Numbered from the whole stretch's first letter, positions 12,522 through 25,008 are shown. The stretch: 63,609 nucleotides of DNA, filler included, from Craspedostauros australis (GCA_030167865.1; 11 parts of 11 records of this genome joined end to end with filler, not necessarily neighbours in it); one strand, 5' to 3'. Made by a program: numbers and translations. The notes: generated from the letters alone by a model not told the origin.

Positions 12522-15080
12522 AGCCTCTGGCCCCTCATCAGTGCGATGCATCGCCTGATTGCGTTGGTGCCAATGCTCCCATGCCACCTTCCAGAGCTTG
12601 CGCACAATCTGTGCCGCCCACCTTGCTGTGGACAGCCTGCAACCGATTTGCGCGTAGTACTGCTCCTGTAACCCAGTCCATGACCCCACGATCACGCCCG
12701 TGACCAGCCAATCCCATCCTGCCTCCTGTTGATTGTCCATCAGCTTTGCCTCAGCCCAGNNNNNNNNNNNNNNNNNNNNNNNNNNNNNNNNNNNNNNNNN
12801 NNNNNNNNNCTGACAGCTGTAGTCAGGCCCACATAGCCATGCTTGCCCCTCGTAGTTGCGCTGCGTCTTGCAGGGTTGAGCTGTAGTCTCGCATCACCTG
12901 CCTCATGTGAGCCTCTGGCCCCTCATCAGTGCGATGCATCGCCTGATTGCGTTGGTGCCAATGCTCCCATGCCACCTTCCAGAGCNNNNNNNNNNNNNNN
13001 NNNNNNNNNNNNNNNNNNNNNNNNNNNNNNNNNNNNNNNNNNNNNNNNNNNNNNNNNNNNNNNNNNNNNNNNNNNNNNNNNNNNNNNGTGACCAGCCAAT
13101 CCCATCCTGCCTCCTGTTGATTGTCCATCAGCTTTGCCTCAGCCCAGTTTGTGCATATGCGTCCAACAGGTCCCAGCCCTCTCAACACTTGCTTGACATT
13201 GCTCAACCGTATTATCGCAATGGCAGGATGAGTCAGCATCTTCCACATTGTGATCCTCAGCCATTTCCGCTGCACTTTCCAAAATGCCATCGATTCCAGT
13301 GAGCAGCAGACCCAGAGGTGGCCATGAGTTTCCATCTTGCCGCACCTGGGGCAGCTGTCACTCGTCCTTGCCTTCTACCAAACCATCTGCATTCCCACAG
13401 CCACCTCCTGTATTGTGAGGTCCATGGTGAGCACCCTCTGTGTATTGGTGAGCTTGCCCGCCACCCGTCGTTGCACGCTTTTGTTGGCATCACCACCAAT
13501 CACCTTCATGCCTCGCTCCACCCTGACCCTCGCCATGTCCGCCTCCACCACATCTCCAATGACACTGGCATACATGATGCTCGACCTGTGAACGCCTTGC
13601 CTTGCAATGTGCCACGATCACGTCCCTGTGTTCTGGTGAGAGCTCCACGCATCGCCCTCTTTGAGTATTCGTCATCGCTGTACTGCGATCTGGTCTGTAA
13701 TGACATTCATATGCTCCCACACATCAAGTTTGTCAGGCTTCTTGTGCTCGTCCTGATACCCACGCACGTGTCATCCCACAAGCGTTGTACTCAGCTGGCT
13801 TCGGCCCCTCATGGCAGCCACCATCATGTCATGACCAGGACTCGCCAGATCCAGTTCATGTACCCACTCCAGCACCTTCAGGGCTTACAGGTTGTCACAG
13901 CTTTAGCGCCCCCGTCCGTCTTGTATTCCAAACCTCTCCTCCATTTCCCAAACCTTCATTGGCGCACCGTAGATTCCCGCCAACTCCGCTTGCTGGGATG
14001 ATGTCAGGCCCTCCCTCCGCGGAGCCTCAAAGGTTCTAAACACTGTCACCTCCAGAGTCTCATTAGTGGTCATCGCCCATGCCGACATTCCCTTGCCATT
14101 TCTGGCAGACCTGTCACTTCTGCCGACTGCTGTCTCTTCTTGTATACTCTGGGCCATATCTCTCCAGTCGACCTCGCATCTGATGTGTTTCACAGCCCAC
14201 GACTTGGCCTTGCCAAGACCTTCCCAGCCATTCTCCATCCCCTGGGTACCTGCCACCACGGTATCATCCCATTCGCCAACTGCCAGCATCAGTATGCCAT
14301 CTCCTTGCTTGTAGCTATCCAAAGGGACCCTTCTCCATTTCCCACCACTCCCAGCACTTGCTAAAACAGCTTCCTTCTTGACTTCATCGGAACCTCCCTC
14401 CCTCCATTCCATCCCATCCATCCATTGCCATGGACCTGAAGCCTCCCAGTTTGCTCATTCTACCTCATGGAGGCCGCACTGCCTGCCCTGCTCCACTTGC
14501 CCAGCCGTAAACGATCCTGNAGCACGCTATTCCAACCCAGCATCTCCTTGAGCTTGGACCTCCATGTTGCCCAATACGCTTGCTTGAGCCGCCCAACTCT
14601 AGGCACGTTCACTTCACTGGCTTCCACCATCGCTCCATCATCTTCAAGGATCGCCTTCAGAATGCCTGTTCTGTCCGCCGAAACGATCTCAGACATCCAG
14701 AACAACTTCATTGACCTTCGACACAGATTCACTTGTCGCATTTCCTCCCTGTTGTACAGCTCCGCAATGGCTTCCATTATCGGGCAATCACCCTGCCTCC
14801 TNGGTTGTATCAGATCCTCCACCNTTCGCACTTCCAGCTGTGCTGCAGATGCTTATTTGGCCACACTTGCCCACCACGACTGTGGAACCACCATTGACCA
14901 CTTGCTTCCTACCACCTGGAAGATTCGCATCATACCTGCACTTGTCGCCACGGCCTGGTAGGATGTTCACTGGAGCCTCCACCATGCGTCGCTTCATGAC
15001 CGACTTGATAGGCTTGTCGAGCGCCGTCCCTTTTCGACTGGTGTGCGTTGTGAACAAGTATGCACTTTTGTTGTCAAGCG
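12522..15080 (-). pseudogene. Non-LTR retrotransposon ORF2 C-terminal half (post-RT region, RNase H, Cys/His motif), degenerate
   Basis: RRQGDCPIM..VNLCRR..MSEIVSAD; RNase H motifs AVGRSDRS, QQAELAGIYG, HVRGYQD, WEHMNVITDQIA; CPRCGKMETHGHLWVC; LWKVAWEHWHQRN. Confidence 0.8.
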
Positions 15081-15500
15081 CCAGCAGTCGAAATGACGAT
15101 CCTTCCACCACTTCGAGTCCTTTGATGTCGACATCCGGAAAGTTGTCTGCCACCATCAACATCGATTCGATCTGGAGCACCACGTACTTCCCGGTCTTCT
15201 CGTCGTACTGTACCTGATGCACCTTGGCTTGCTCAGTCAGAGTGAACCAGTTCGCGCTGGTGGCTCCCACTTCCCATGTGCACCTCGCTGCCAGGGTGTT
15301 TACGATCGCCTCTGCCCTCACCAGATGCTCTGGGAGCATGTATGCATAGGCGATGTCGGTCTTGCCATTCCAGGGCACCTCCTGCTTGTCAACGTGGATA
15401 AACACCGGCCTCTTTGTGATCAGATGCACCTGATTGGCAAGGTTTGATCTCAGTGATTCCTTGAATCCGTCGTGTCCAGCTCATCAAGGTCTTTGACCCC
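15081..15500 (-). pseudogene. Fragment of non-LTR ORF1, same family type as 16368-19106
   Basis: VFIHVD..RAEAIVNTL..NWFT..YDEKTG aligns by eye with LFVSVD..EAHELISKL..GWFT..VDWESG. Confidence 0.55.
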
Positions 15501-15962
15501 TCTGATTTGCAGTTCCATCATCCTTCCCATTCCCACTTTGNNNNNNNNNNNNNNNNNNNNNNNNNNNNNNNNNNNNNNNNNNNNTTAATTAATTAANNNN
15601 NNNNNNNNNNNNNNNNNNNNNNNNNNNNNNNNNNNNNNNNGTGATGTTTGTACTCCCACTCCTGTTCGCGCCCTGAGAGTGCGGTCAGCCATTTCATTTT
15701 TCAAGAGCATGCATCGTTATTTTGTCCAGGGCAGTCGTTGGATGGGCTGTCGATGGTGTAGGTCCAGCCAGGAGAGCCGCTGCACATGTCTGTCGCCATG
15801 CAGTCCTGACAGTTGCTTGGAGCCGCGCAGGTGTTCGCCGCCACGACCAGATCATCAACCGCCAAGTTGGAGTTTGCAACACCNNNNNNNNNNNNNNNNN
15901 NNNNNNNNNNNNNNNNNNNNNNNNNNNNNNNNNCCTGAGAGTGCGGTCTGCCATTTCATTTT

Positions 15963-16265
15963 TCAAGAGCATGCATCGTTATTTTGTCCAGGGCAGTCGT
16001 TGGATGGGCTGTCGATGATGTAGGTCCGGCCAGGAGAGCCGCTGCACATGTCTGTCGCCACGCAGTCCTGACAGTTGCTTGGAGCCGCGCAGGTGTTCGC
16101 CGCCACGACCAGATCATCAACCGCCAAGTTGGAGTTTGCAACACCGTTACAGCTGTCTTGTGACAAGCATGTGCCACTGCCNATGGTGATACAACCGAGA
16201 GTCTTGAACGGGCCAGCGTGAACATTCTGACTAGCGCGTTGTCCCTCACAAGCGTTCATCCCCAC
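15963..16265 (-). pseudogene. 3' end of a cysteine-rich protein gene abutting the LINE 5' end
   Basis: NACEGQRA..GSGTCLSQDSCNG..NTCAAPSNCQDC..DCPGQNNDACS*; Cys-rich frame with no evident upstream part. Confidence 0.4.
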
Positions 16266-16367
16266 GTCAGTCCGCGTGACCCTTCCACCGAGAAGACGTA
16301 TGTAGGACCAGTACTAAAAAACTTACGTAGAACGTGTACAAACACTACCAGAACAAAAACTTCGACA

Positions 16368-19106
16368 ATGACGCGCACAGACGCAGCAAACGGCTCCGGC
16401 AGAGCCGGTCCAAGGCACCCCCGTACCCAGCAAAGGGCACCGGGACGAGCAGGAAGAGGAGGGCGACACAATGGTGGTAACGGTGGCGGAGGGCGTGGAG
16501 GAGGGGGCCGGAAACAGTCCAGGGAAGCCGCACGGCGGAAGGCGGCGAAAAACATCACCGCAGCGGACGACGGCTGTTGGATTTGGAGCCACGACCATGA
16601 GAAATCGTGGGGAGACATTCTTCGGGAGCGTAATTTGCTGACACGGGATGCAGAACCCTTCACAACCGCCACAGGGGCAGAAGGTGCTCTCGATGAGACC
16701 ATTGCGCACACCAAAGCGAACTCCGAAAATGAGGACGTGGGGAAAACGCTGGAGGAATGGACGGAAGTGTTTCAAAACGCTTATGACAACAAGCTGCAGC
16801 CAGACCAGAACATCAACCTGGTGGAGCTCATGATCCGATTGGTAGCCACCCCCAACATCTTCCCCAACATGTGGGATGCAGGGCGGATCAGAGCCACGCA
16901 CGAGACTTCAGCATGGATAGCGGCACGAATCGTACTCATGCGGTCCAAAGGGATCGAGTTTGAAGACGAAGAGGAGACCACTACTTCCCCCAACCCGAAG
17001 AAGAAGAAAAAGCAACGCAAACCAAAGCGCAAGGTGGTGGCTTTCCCAAGGAAGTCAGCTCGTCAGGCTGAGCTACCCAGCGTGAACGACGTTCTGAGCG
17101 ACTTCAACAAAACCTTCTTCGACGTGCGCCTGCCCATGGCGAGAGAATCCAACGATCCGCTGATCAACCAGGTGATCGCGAGTCTCAACGAAGTGAGAGC
17201 ATTCATATTCCGGGCTGATTCAAAGGCCCAGATTGTGGCATGGCGAAGAAGTAAGGATATGAAACCATGGACCGCGTCGGACGTACCGTGGACCTCTCGA
17301 GAGACTATCAAACAGTTCGTCGAGAGTCTGTACGCACGCACAGGATTCAATACCTACACGAGGATCTGGGTTGCGCACAAGGCAGACGCGGAAGTATTCG
17401 AAGACGACGGAACGCTCCGGTCATCCGCAATTGCGTTCTCCAAGTCAGACATTCAAGAACACAACATCGTGACAGCCGGTTGGTTGTTCGGTAGTCACAG
17501 TACTACCAACAACAATGACCTGGCGGAAGCCATCAACGAGACGGAGATTGTGAAAGGCAAGTTCGCCGTCCAGCTGCGAATGAAGGAAATTCAGCTGGTC
17601 AGCAAGAGGAATCGTCCGAAGGATACCAGCGACTTCAGAAATCGCCCCAGAGCCACGCACGTGATGAGTGGGCAGTCGAAAACCCACATGTGCAGAGTGG
17701 CCATGAAAGAGCTTTTTAACAACCGCTCTGACACGATCCGCATANNNNNNNNNNNNNNNNNNNNNNNNNNNNNNNNNNNNNNNNNNNNNNNNNNCGACGG
17801 AACGCTCCGGTCATCCGCAATTGCGTTCTCCAAGTCAGACATTCAAGAACACAACATCGTGACAGCCGGTTGGTTGTTCGGTAGTCACAGTACTACCAAC
17901 AACAATGACCTGGCGGAAGCCATCAACGAGACGGAGATTGTGAAAGGCAAGTTCGCCGTCCAGCTGCGAATGAAGGAAATTCAGCTGGTNAGCAAGAGGA
18001 ATCGTCCGAAGGATACCAGCGACTNCAGAAANCGCCCCAGAGCCACGCANGTGATGAGTGGGCAGTCGAAAACCCACATGTGCAGAGTGGCCATGAAAGA
18101 GCTTTTTAACAACCGCTCTGACACGANCCGCATACTCGGGAAGCAAATGAGGTTCATGCCAGACGCTTTGGACAACAGGTTCGAGCATCCCCCGTCGGAA
18201 CTCGCGAATTTGAGTAAAATGGCGGCCCACCAACGGGAGTTTGAGAAGGTGATGAAGGTTCAGGGAGTGCATTCCATCCTGCAGCTGGATGTGGAGATTC
18301 CCATCTGGAGACTCACACTTCGAGAGGTGGTCATGAATCTCAGGTCGTTCGAAGACCCAGACTATTCCCTCTTCGTTTCAGTCGACACAGATCGCAGTGA
18401 CTGGACCCAGACGCACTTTGTGTTCCACCCAAAAAGGAGGGTCGAGGCACACGAACTGATCTCGAAGCTTCCCTTCTTTTGCTTTAAAAAGCTTGACCAC
18501 AGATGCCAAGGGTGGTTTACACCGCATGCTTGGGCACAGAACGAACACTACGATGTCGATTGGGAGTCTGGCCTAGTGTTGAGCAGAGAAGAACAAGAGA
18601 TGGGGCAGATGGTGCAAGCCGGGCCAAGATTCCTGAACCTTGATGAACATGAGGCAATGGGCATGACGCCAGCGGAGATGGGGTGGGAAGGGTATGTGGA
18701 CGAGCAAGGAAACATGAAGCCCGTTCCATTGCTGCAGTTCGAAGTGGAATTGACCGCCAATCCAAAATCACAGAACGGGGACAACTACACCGTGGGAACG
18801 TTCGCCACGGCCTCTCCAGCACAGCAGGCAAGCCATGTGGCACATGCAATTGCGAGTGCGGCGTCCAGTAAGGCGGACAACCCAGGCACGTTTGCATCTG
18901 ATCCAAGGGCCAAAGCTGACTACGACGTGGATCACCCGGAGACCATAATGGAGAGTCTGGCGGACGAGGAAGACGAGGAGGACGAGGATAGCTCAAGCAG
19001 CAAAGGGATGGACACAAAAGATTCACCCGTCGACGAATCGATCGACAACATGGACACCAGTTCCGAGAAATCCGACAGTGGCGATGGTGCCACAGTGCAG
19101 GCGTAA
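16368..19106 (+). CDS. Non-LTR retrotransposon ORF1 protein (~780 aa after removing a 390-bp assembly duplication)
   Basis: Long open frame directly upstream of the APE-RT ORF; RG-rich N-terminus, PKKKKKQRKPKRK NLS-like stretch, acidic tail. Confidence 0.8.
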   Translation: MTRTDAANGSGRAGPRHPRTQQRAPGRAGRGGRHNGGNGGGGRGGGGRKQSREAARRKAAKNITAADDGCWIWSHDHEKSWGDILRERNLLTRDAEPFTTATGAEGALDETIAHTKANSENEDVGKTLEEWTEVFQNAYDNKLQPDQNINLVELMIRLVATPNIFPNMWDAGRIRATHETSAWIAARIVLMRSKGIEFEDEEETTTSPNPKKKKKQRKPKRKVVAFPRKSARQAELPSVNDVLSDFNKTFFDVRLPMARESNDPLINQVIASLNEVRAFIFRADSKAQIVAWRRSKDMKPWTASDVPWTSRETIKQFVESLYARTGFNTYTRIWVAHKADAEVFEDDGTLRSSAIAFSKSDIQEHNIVTAGWLFGSHSTTNNNDLAEAINETEIVKGKFAVQLRMKEIQLVSKRNRPKDTSDFRNRPRATHVMSGQSKTHMCRVAMKELFNNRSDTIRIXXXXXXXXXXXXXXXXXDGTLRSSAIAFSKSDIQEHNIVTAGWLFGSHSTTNNNDLAEAINETEIVKGKFAVQLRMKEIQLXSKRNRPKDTSDXRXRPRATXVMSGQSKTHMCRVAMKELFNNRSDTXRILGKQMRFMPDALDNRFEHPPSELANLSKMAAHQREFEKVMKVQGVHSILQLDVEIPIWRLTLREVVMNLRSFEDPDYSLFVSVDTDRSDWTQTHFVFHPKRRVEAHELISKLPFFCFKKLDHRCQGWFTPHAWAQNEHYDVDWESGLVLSREEQEMGQMVQAGPRFLNLDEHEAMGMTPAEMGWEGYVDEQGNMKPVPLLQFEVELTANPKSQNGDNYTVGTFATASPAQQASHVAHAIASAASSKADNPGTFASDPRAKADYDVDHPETIMESLADEEDEEDEDSSSSKGMDTKDSPVDESIDNMDTSSEKSDSGDGATVQA

Positions 19107-19599
19107 TTGCCTGCGACGCCAGTGGATCAGTTACGCACAACAGGTGTCGATCCAAAGGGATTCGGGCAAGAGAACAGGAATCCGGACGAAAGGTGGATAG
19201 AGACGAGACGGGAGAAAGAGACATCTCACCGAGTCCAGCCGCAAGGGGCGGCGAGTGCCAAAGCCAAATCAACAATACCGGCGAGCAACAAAAAAAAAAA
19301 AAAAAAAANNNNNNNNNNNNNNNNNNNNNNNNNNNNNNNNNNNNNNNNNNNNNNNNNNAACAGAGAACGGAGACGGTAACAATAACAGGAGACTACAAAA
19401 AGGACAACAGCAACAAGAACTACAACAACAAGAATTACAACAATAATAATCACAACAACAACAACAACAATAACAACAGAAGCCAGAGGTAATAATAGCA
19501 GCAAGAGGGATAACGTCACCGATACGTAACCCGTGCAGCGAGCCAAAAGGCAGAACTCATCGACACGCCAGCAACGGAAGGAGCTGAGACGCCGAGAAC

Positions 19600-21851
19600 A
19601 TGAGTAACCAAGTCGGGATCCCGGCAGAGGGGGAGACAAGTAGACTAAACGATGCTTGTGGCGACGTGATGGACTCGAAGACGGAGAATGAAGTCAGAGT
19701 CGTATTTCAGAACGTGGCACAGATCCCTCTATACGCATATCAACAGAAGAATGAGGAAATCATAGACTTCATCCGACGGTCGAAACTCGATGTGCTAGCG
19801 ATGGCGGAGACAAACTTGAGATGGAACCAAGTGCGCCCCCACGATCAATGGGAAGAACGAGTGCGCGGTAAAGTCAAACGATCCAAACATATATTCTCCT
19901 ACAACATCCACGAACAAGGGCGCGAACCAAGGCTGTATGGAGGAACAGGCATTGTTCTCACAGAGCAGATGGCGGCAAGAACTTTTCAGTATGGAGTTGA
20001 TGGTAGTGGCATGGGGAGATGGTCCTGGTGTAAGATAGAAGGGAAAAGGCACAAGACTGTTAGAGTGGTGGCGGCATACAGGCCGTGCAAATCCACCGTC
20101 GGCGACACCACAGTGTGGAGCCAGCAGGTGCGAGTGCTGAGTACACAGGGACGACAAGATAACCCCCATGAGGCATGGATTCAGGATCTACAGGAACTAG
20201 TGCGTAGGTGGAAAGGGGACGGGGAGTCGATCGTGGTAGGCGTGGACCTAAACGAGGATGCAGACCAAGGACAGACGGCACAGGCGCTACGCGCGGTGGG
20301 ACTCAAGAATTCGGTGTTCGACCATATTGGAGAGCAGTCACGCCGATCCACCCAACAGCGGAATCTGACAGACACTCCTATTGACGCAATCTTTGTGTCT
20401 GAAGGACTTGACTTGGTCCGAGCCGGATACGCAGCGTTTGGAGATGCCATTCCGTCGGACCATCGAGCAGTCTGGATCGATCTGAGTTTTGGTCAAGTTC
20501 TGGGAGCTGGAGTACAGCGAGTGCAATCTTCACAGCCTCGGCGGCTGGTTCTCAGCAACCCGAAGGTAGTGAGAAAGTACAACGACGCGGTGCTTGAAGA
20601 ATACGGGAAACACCGAATCCATCAGAGGGCTACGAAACTACTTGCGAAGGCGAAGGCGCAAGGATGGGAGCTCAATGCGGCTCAGCGCAGAGAATATGAC
20701 GGCCTGATGACCCAAGTTAACCAGATCCGAAGACATGCAGAGAAGAGGAGTAGGAAGTTGACTATGGGTGAAGTCTCGTGGTCTCCTGAGGTGCAGCATG
20801 CCCGCAACCAAGTCCGACACTGGAGCATTGAAGTCAAGCACTGGAAAGGGGTGAAAACCAGCTCATCCCTAAGGAAACGTGTCAGGGCGCAGGCAGGGTG
20901 CGACGAAGCCACATCGCTGGAAGAAGCGATGGCTGAGCAAACGAAGGCGTACAAGTCCTATTACATCGTCAAAAAGGAACATCAACGAGCTCGGCAAGAG
21001 CATCTCGTTGAACTGGCGAGATTGCGACACGACAACCATGAGCAAGACTACGAGACTGCTATCAAAACTCTCCTGAACCGGGAACGGCAGCGGGAACAGG
21101 CCGGAAGGCTTCGTGCTGTGTTTGGCAAAGGAAAGGCGATGACCACCAAAGTCCTTTTCACTGACGAGGATGGAGTAGTACACGAGTGCACGGAACAGTG
21201 TGATATTGTGGAGGCGTGTATCGTGGAGAACAAACGACGGTTCTCGCAGGCGCGAGATACCCCTTGCATGTCAGGTCGGGGAAGGCAGGTGATGGACAAG
21301 GTCTGGAACCAGGACACAGCGGCTGATCTTTTTAGTGCTAATGGGAGCGTCACAACATACGATAATCCTGTCTGGCGGGACCTTATGCAAGCGTTGGAGC
21401 CAGTGGAGTGTGACGTGGACGAGCTCACAGTCAAGGAACACGTGAAGGCGTGGAAAAAACAAACTGAGCTCACCAACTCCGAGCCAAGTAATCCACACTT
21501 TGGGCACTACAAGTCGGCGGTATGGGATGAGACTCTTGCGGAGGTGGACATGGCTATGCGTGAAATACCGTATCAAACAGGCCATTCACCGGCAGAGTGG
21601 CAACGTGTCACGGATGTGGAGATCCTGAAAAAGGCGCAAGTGTTTAACATTGAGAAGATGAGAACCATACAACTGATGGATGCTCAATTCAACCTCAATA
21701 ACAAGAGGCTGGGACGACAAATGATGGCCACCGCAGAAGAGCGCGGGTGGTTGTCCGAGTTTCAGTTTGGGAGCAGGAAGGGTCGATCGGCCATCAGCGC
21801 TGCACTCAACAAGAGAGTGAGCATTGACATTGGCAAACAAAAGAAGGTGCC
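19600..21851 (+). CDS. Non-LTR retrotransposon ORF2: AP endonuclease plus start of RT (possibly Ambal-like clade), 3'-truncated
   Basis: APE motifs FQNV, MAETN, GGTG, GRWSW, AAYRP, VDLN, PIDAIF, SDHRAVW; RT start RTIQLMDAQFN, QFGSRKGRSA. Confidence 0.92.
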
Positions 21852-21951
21852 NNNNNNNNNNNNNNNNNNNNNNNNNNNNNNNNNNNNNNNNNNNNTTAAT
21901 TAATTAANNNNNNNNNNNNNNNNNNNNNNNNNNNNNNNNNNNNNNNNNNNN

Positions 21952-24595
21952 TTCGATGCAGGTTCACCGCGCTGATCTCCTTGGATGGATTCTTGACGAT
22001 GGCTGTGCAAGCCTTGTCGTCGTCTGTTGGCATGACGGGATGCATCTGCACTCCTGTGATGAATCCGTTGGATGTGGGGAAGACTCGATCAAACACGATC
22101 TTCGTTACGGATCCGTTGATGATGTCCATCAGAATGCCGTTGTTACCAAGCTGGTAACCGTTGTACAGAGCCTTGNNNNNNNNNNNNNNNNNNNNNNNNN
22201 NNNNNNNNNNNNNNNNNNNNNNNNNGATGTCCATCAGAATGCCGTTGTTACCAAGCTGGTAACCGTTGTACAGAGCCTTGTTCGTGGAGAAAAGGTTCAC
22301 TGCCATCTTTGGTGTGTACTTCACATCATCGAGCCGGATGATGTGGCCAGTGTTGTCTCGTTGCTTGACCTTCAAGCGAATGGATCCCATTTTGAGAGAG
22401 TCCAGTTTCGTGCTGTCTCCCACTTGGACGAAGGACTTGATGTGCCGCACGTTGAAGAGAGCGGCGTCCGAATTGACGATGTGACACGAAGCTCCACTGT
22501 CGACGAGCCAGGTGTCTTTGTTGACCTTGTCCTTGTATCTGGTGCTCAGCTCGTGGAGCTGCTCCACGGCTGCCGCAGCTATCTCGTCGTTGAAGCTGCC
22601 GTCATCGTCGTCTTTGTGAACTCCATCTTCGTTGTATGGATTGTGATGTTCCTCGTCATCCATGTTATCTGGTAGTTGCGCGTAGTTCGATGGAATCGTG
22701 TTGCTTCGATGTGATCCTGTGGCTGGATCGTATGGGTTGACGTGTGATCGCTCGCGCAAGAGCACACGCATGCACCCTCCAAGGATGTAGTGCAGATCTG
22801 TCTCTGGGATTGTCTCTGTGTCCGCTGCTTCCAATATGCGGTTGATGACGACCGAATTGGCGAGAATCTCTTCGATTGATCTGAAGTTCTCGGATAGGAT
22901 GGATCCCATCATGTTCACCCATATCGGTCTGAGCACTCCTTGTACGGTTCCTGGGAAGAGGTTCGTTCCTGCTTCCATCACTGCGTCGAAGATGAGTTGC
23001 TTCTGGATTATCAATGCTGTTGCTGTTCCGTATGGAATAGTGTCATGGCGATGAAGGTAGTTGGAGTCGTTGGGATTCCCAATCGGTGGGAAGTCGATGT
23101 CTCTTGGATAGACGACGCGCTCGTTCGGATTGAAGCTGTCGTCTGGATGATCTTCGGTCTCGTCGCTGTCATCTTCGTCGAAGATGCCCGATCTGTTGTT
23201 CCCCGCCGCTGGAGGAGGCGGCGCCGCGCCGCGGTTTGTTTCGTTGTCTTCGTCTGCGCCGTCCTCGTCGGCGTCGTCGTCGTCATCGCTCATGGCCTCT
23301 TCGATGTCGCTATCGTTGGCCTCGTTGCCCATCTCAGCTTCGTCGCCGTATGAACCGATCAGGTCGTGCGCGTTGAAGCAGCATTCGTAGCTCACTTCGC
23401 GTCTTGGATCCACCTCGTGGATGATTGGCTCCTCACTGAGCCACTCTGGGACGATCTCATCGTCCTGCACTTCGTCGTCACTCCCGACGTACTCGAAGTT
23501 ATCGAAGAAGGAGTCTTCGATGTAGTCGTCGGACACCAACATGCAGAGCGGCATGTCCTTCGCAGAGAGTACCATCTCGTGCCCGCTCTTGTCGTGTCCT
23601 TCCGTTGCTGTGTTGACCTGTTCGTCGGCCTTCTTCTTTCGGCACTCCGCCTCGCGATGTCCGAAGATGTCGCAGTAGTTGCACTTCCCGTTGAAGCCGC
23701 TTCCCTTGTTGCGGTTGTTGTTATGCTTTCCGTTCATCTTGTTGTTGTTGTTGTTGTTGTTGTTGTTTTTCTTGTTGTTCGATTTCTTACGTTCTGGGCA
23801 ATCGGCGGATCTATGGCCATACACGCCACAGTTGTGACAAGTACCCTTGAAGTTACCGGTGCTCGTGAAGCCGGTGTCGTTGCTCTTCGTGTTGCTGTCT
23901 TGGAAGTCGTAGATGAATGCCTTTCCGCCTTGATGCGTGGCATATGCAGTGTAGAGTACTCCTCTGATTGCGTTGATGGTAACCAGTTCCGGATTGAACG
24001 TGAGTTGGTGTTGGAAGTTCACGATGTGGGTTCTGTACTCGTTGCTCACCGTGCTGAGGATTTGCATGATCATCTCCTCGTCCGTGATCTCGTACTTGAC
24101 ATCGTGGAGACGCGATCGTAGACCCTCGAGTCGCGTGATGTAGACATTGGGGTCTGTGTCTCTCTTCATCTTTTCGTTGTTGAATTGACGCTTGAGTTTG
24201 ATCTTCGTCGCCGCATCGGATGGTCGGAACTTCTCCGCGAGAACGTTCCACGCTGCGTGTGGATCTCCTTCGGGGTAATCGTCGGAGACGCATTGGTTGA
24301 TGTACTGGATGGCCTGCTTGCCTTTTCCTTTCTCTGCATCCATCATGAGGATCAGATCNCTGAAGCAGTCNCATCCCAGCTCGTAGATCTCTTCCATCGC
24401 TTCCTTGGCTTCACCGTCGGCTGCCGCGATCTCGCTCACTGTTGGCACCTTGGTCTTGCCCAACATCACGTCTCTCGTCTTCTGTGCACGAGCGTATGAC
24501 TTCGCTTGGGACTCCCATGCGCTGTAGTCTTCCTGTTCACCGCTGAACATCGGTGCCTTGATGCGTCGCTTGTTCACGTTGGCTGATGTCGCCAT
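21952..24595 (-). CDS. gag-pol: Ty1/Copia Gag-protease polyprotein with long insertion, 3'-truncated
   Basis: Gag N-terminus FSGEQEDYSAW; two CCHC knuckles (CHNCGVYGHRSADC, CNYCDIFGHREAEC); protease WLVDSGASCH and NLFS; open frame. Confidence 0.93.
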
Positions 24596-24738
24596 GTTGA
24601 TTCGTTGTTTCGTTGTTGGTGCGCTCGCGCCCTTGATTNNNNNNNNNNNNNNNNNNNNNNNNNNNNNNNNNNNNNNNNNNNNTTAATTAATTAANNNNNN
24701 NNNNNNNNNNNNNNNNNNNNNNNNNNNNNNNNNNNNNN

Positions 24739-24958
24739 TGAGTATATGTCAAGATGTACGTGTATATGTGCATCGTTCACCCGTTATTCTCTCATACGCA
24801 CTTGGACGGTATAACTATACTCATGTCGATAGTATGCTGTGATTCGTCAGAATTACAGGGGAAATGGAACACATGAAAAGGAGCAAGATTTCTGGAAGAA
24901 ATTTGGAATTGACGATTTCTGAGAGAATTAGAAACATCGTCCGTTCATCCATCAATGG
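24739..24958 (+). mobile_element. Family A LTR fragment
   Basis: Near-identical to ~25366-25585. Confidence 0.85.
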
Positions 24959-25008
24959 NNNNNNNNNNNNNNNNNNNNNNNNNNNNNNNNNNNNNNNNNN
25001 NNNNNNNN

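Noticed and set aside
17405..18135. Direct duplications flanking ~50-N gaps (also near 237/357, 8072/8492, 11070/11432, 15672/15934, 22131/22226, 29290/29401)
   Set aside because: Near-identical and always centred on a gap: unmerged contig overlaps or haplotypes, not tandem duplications.
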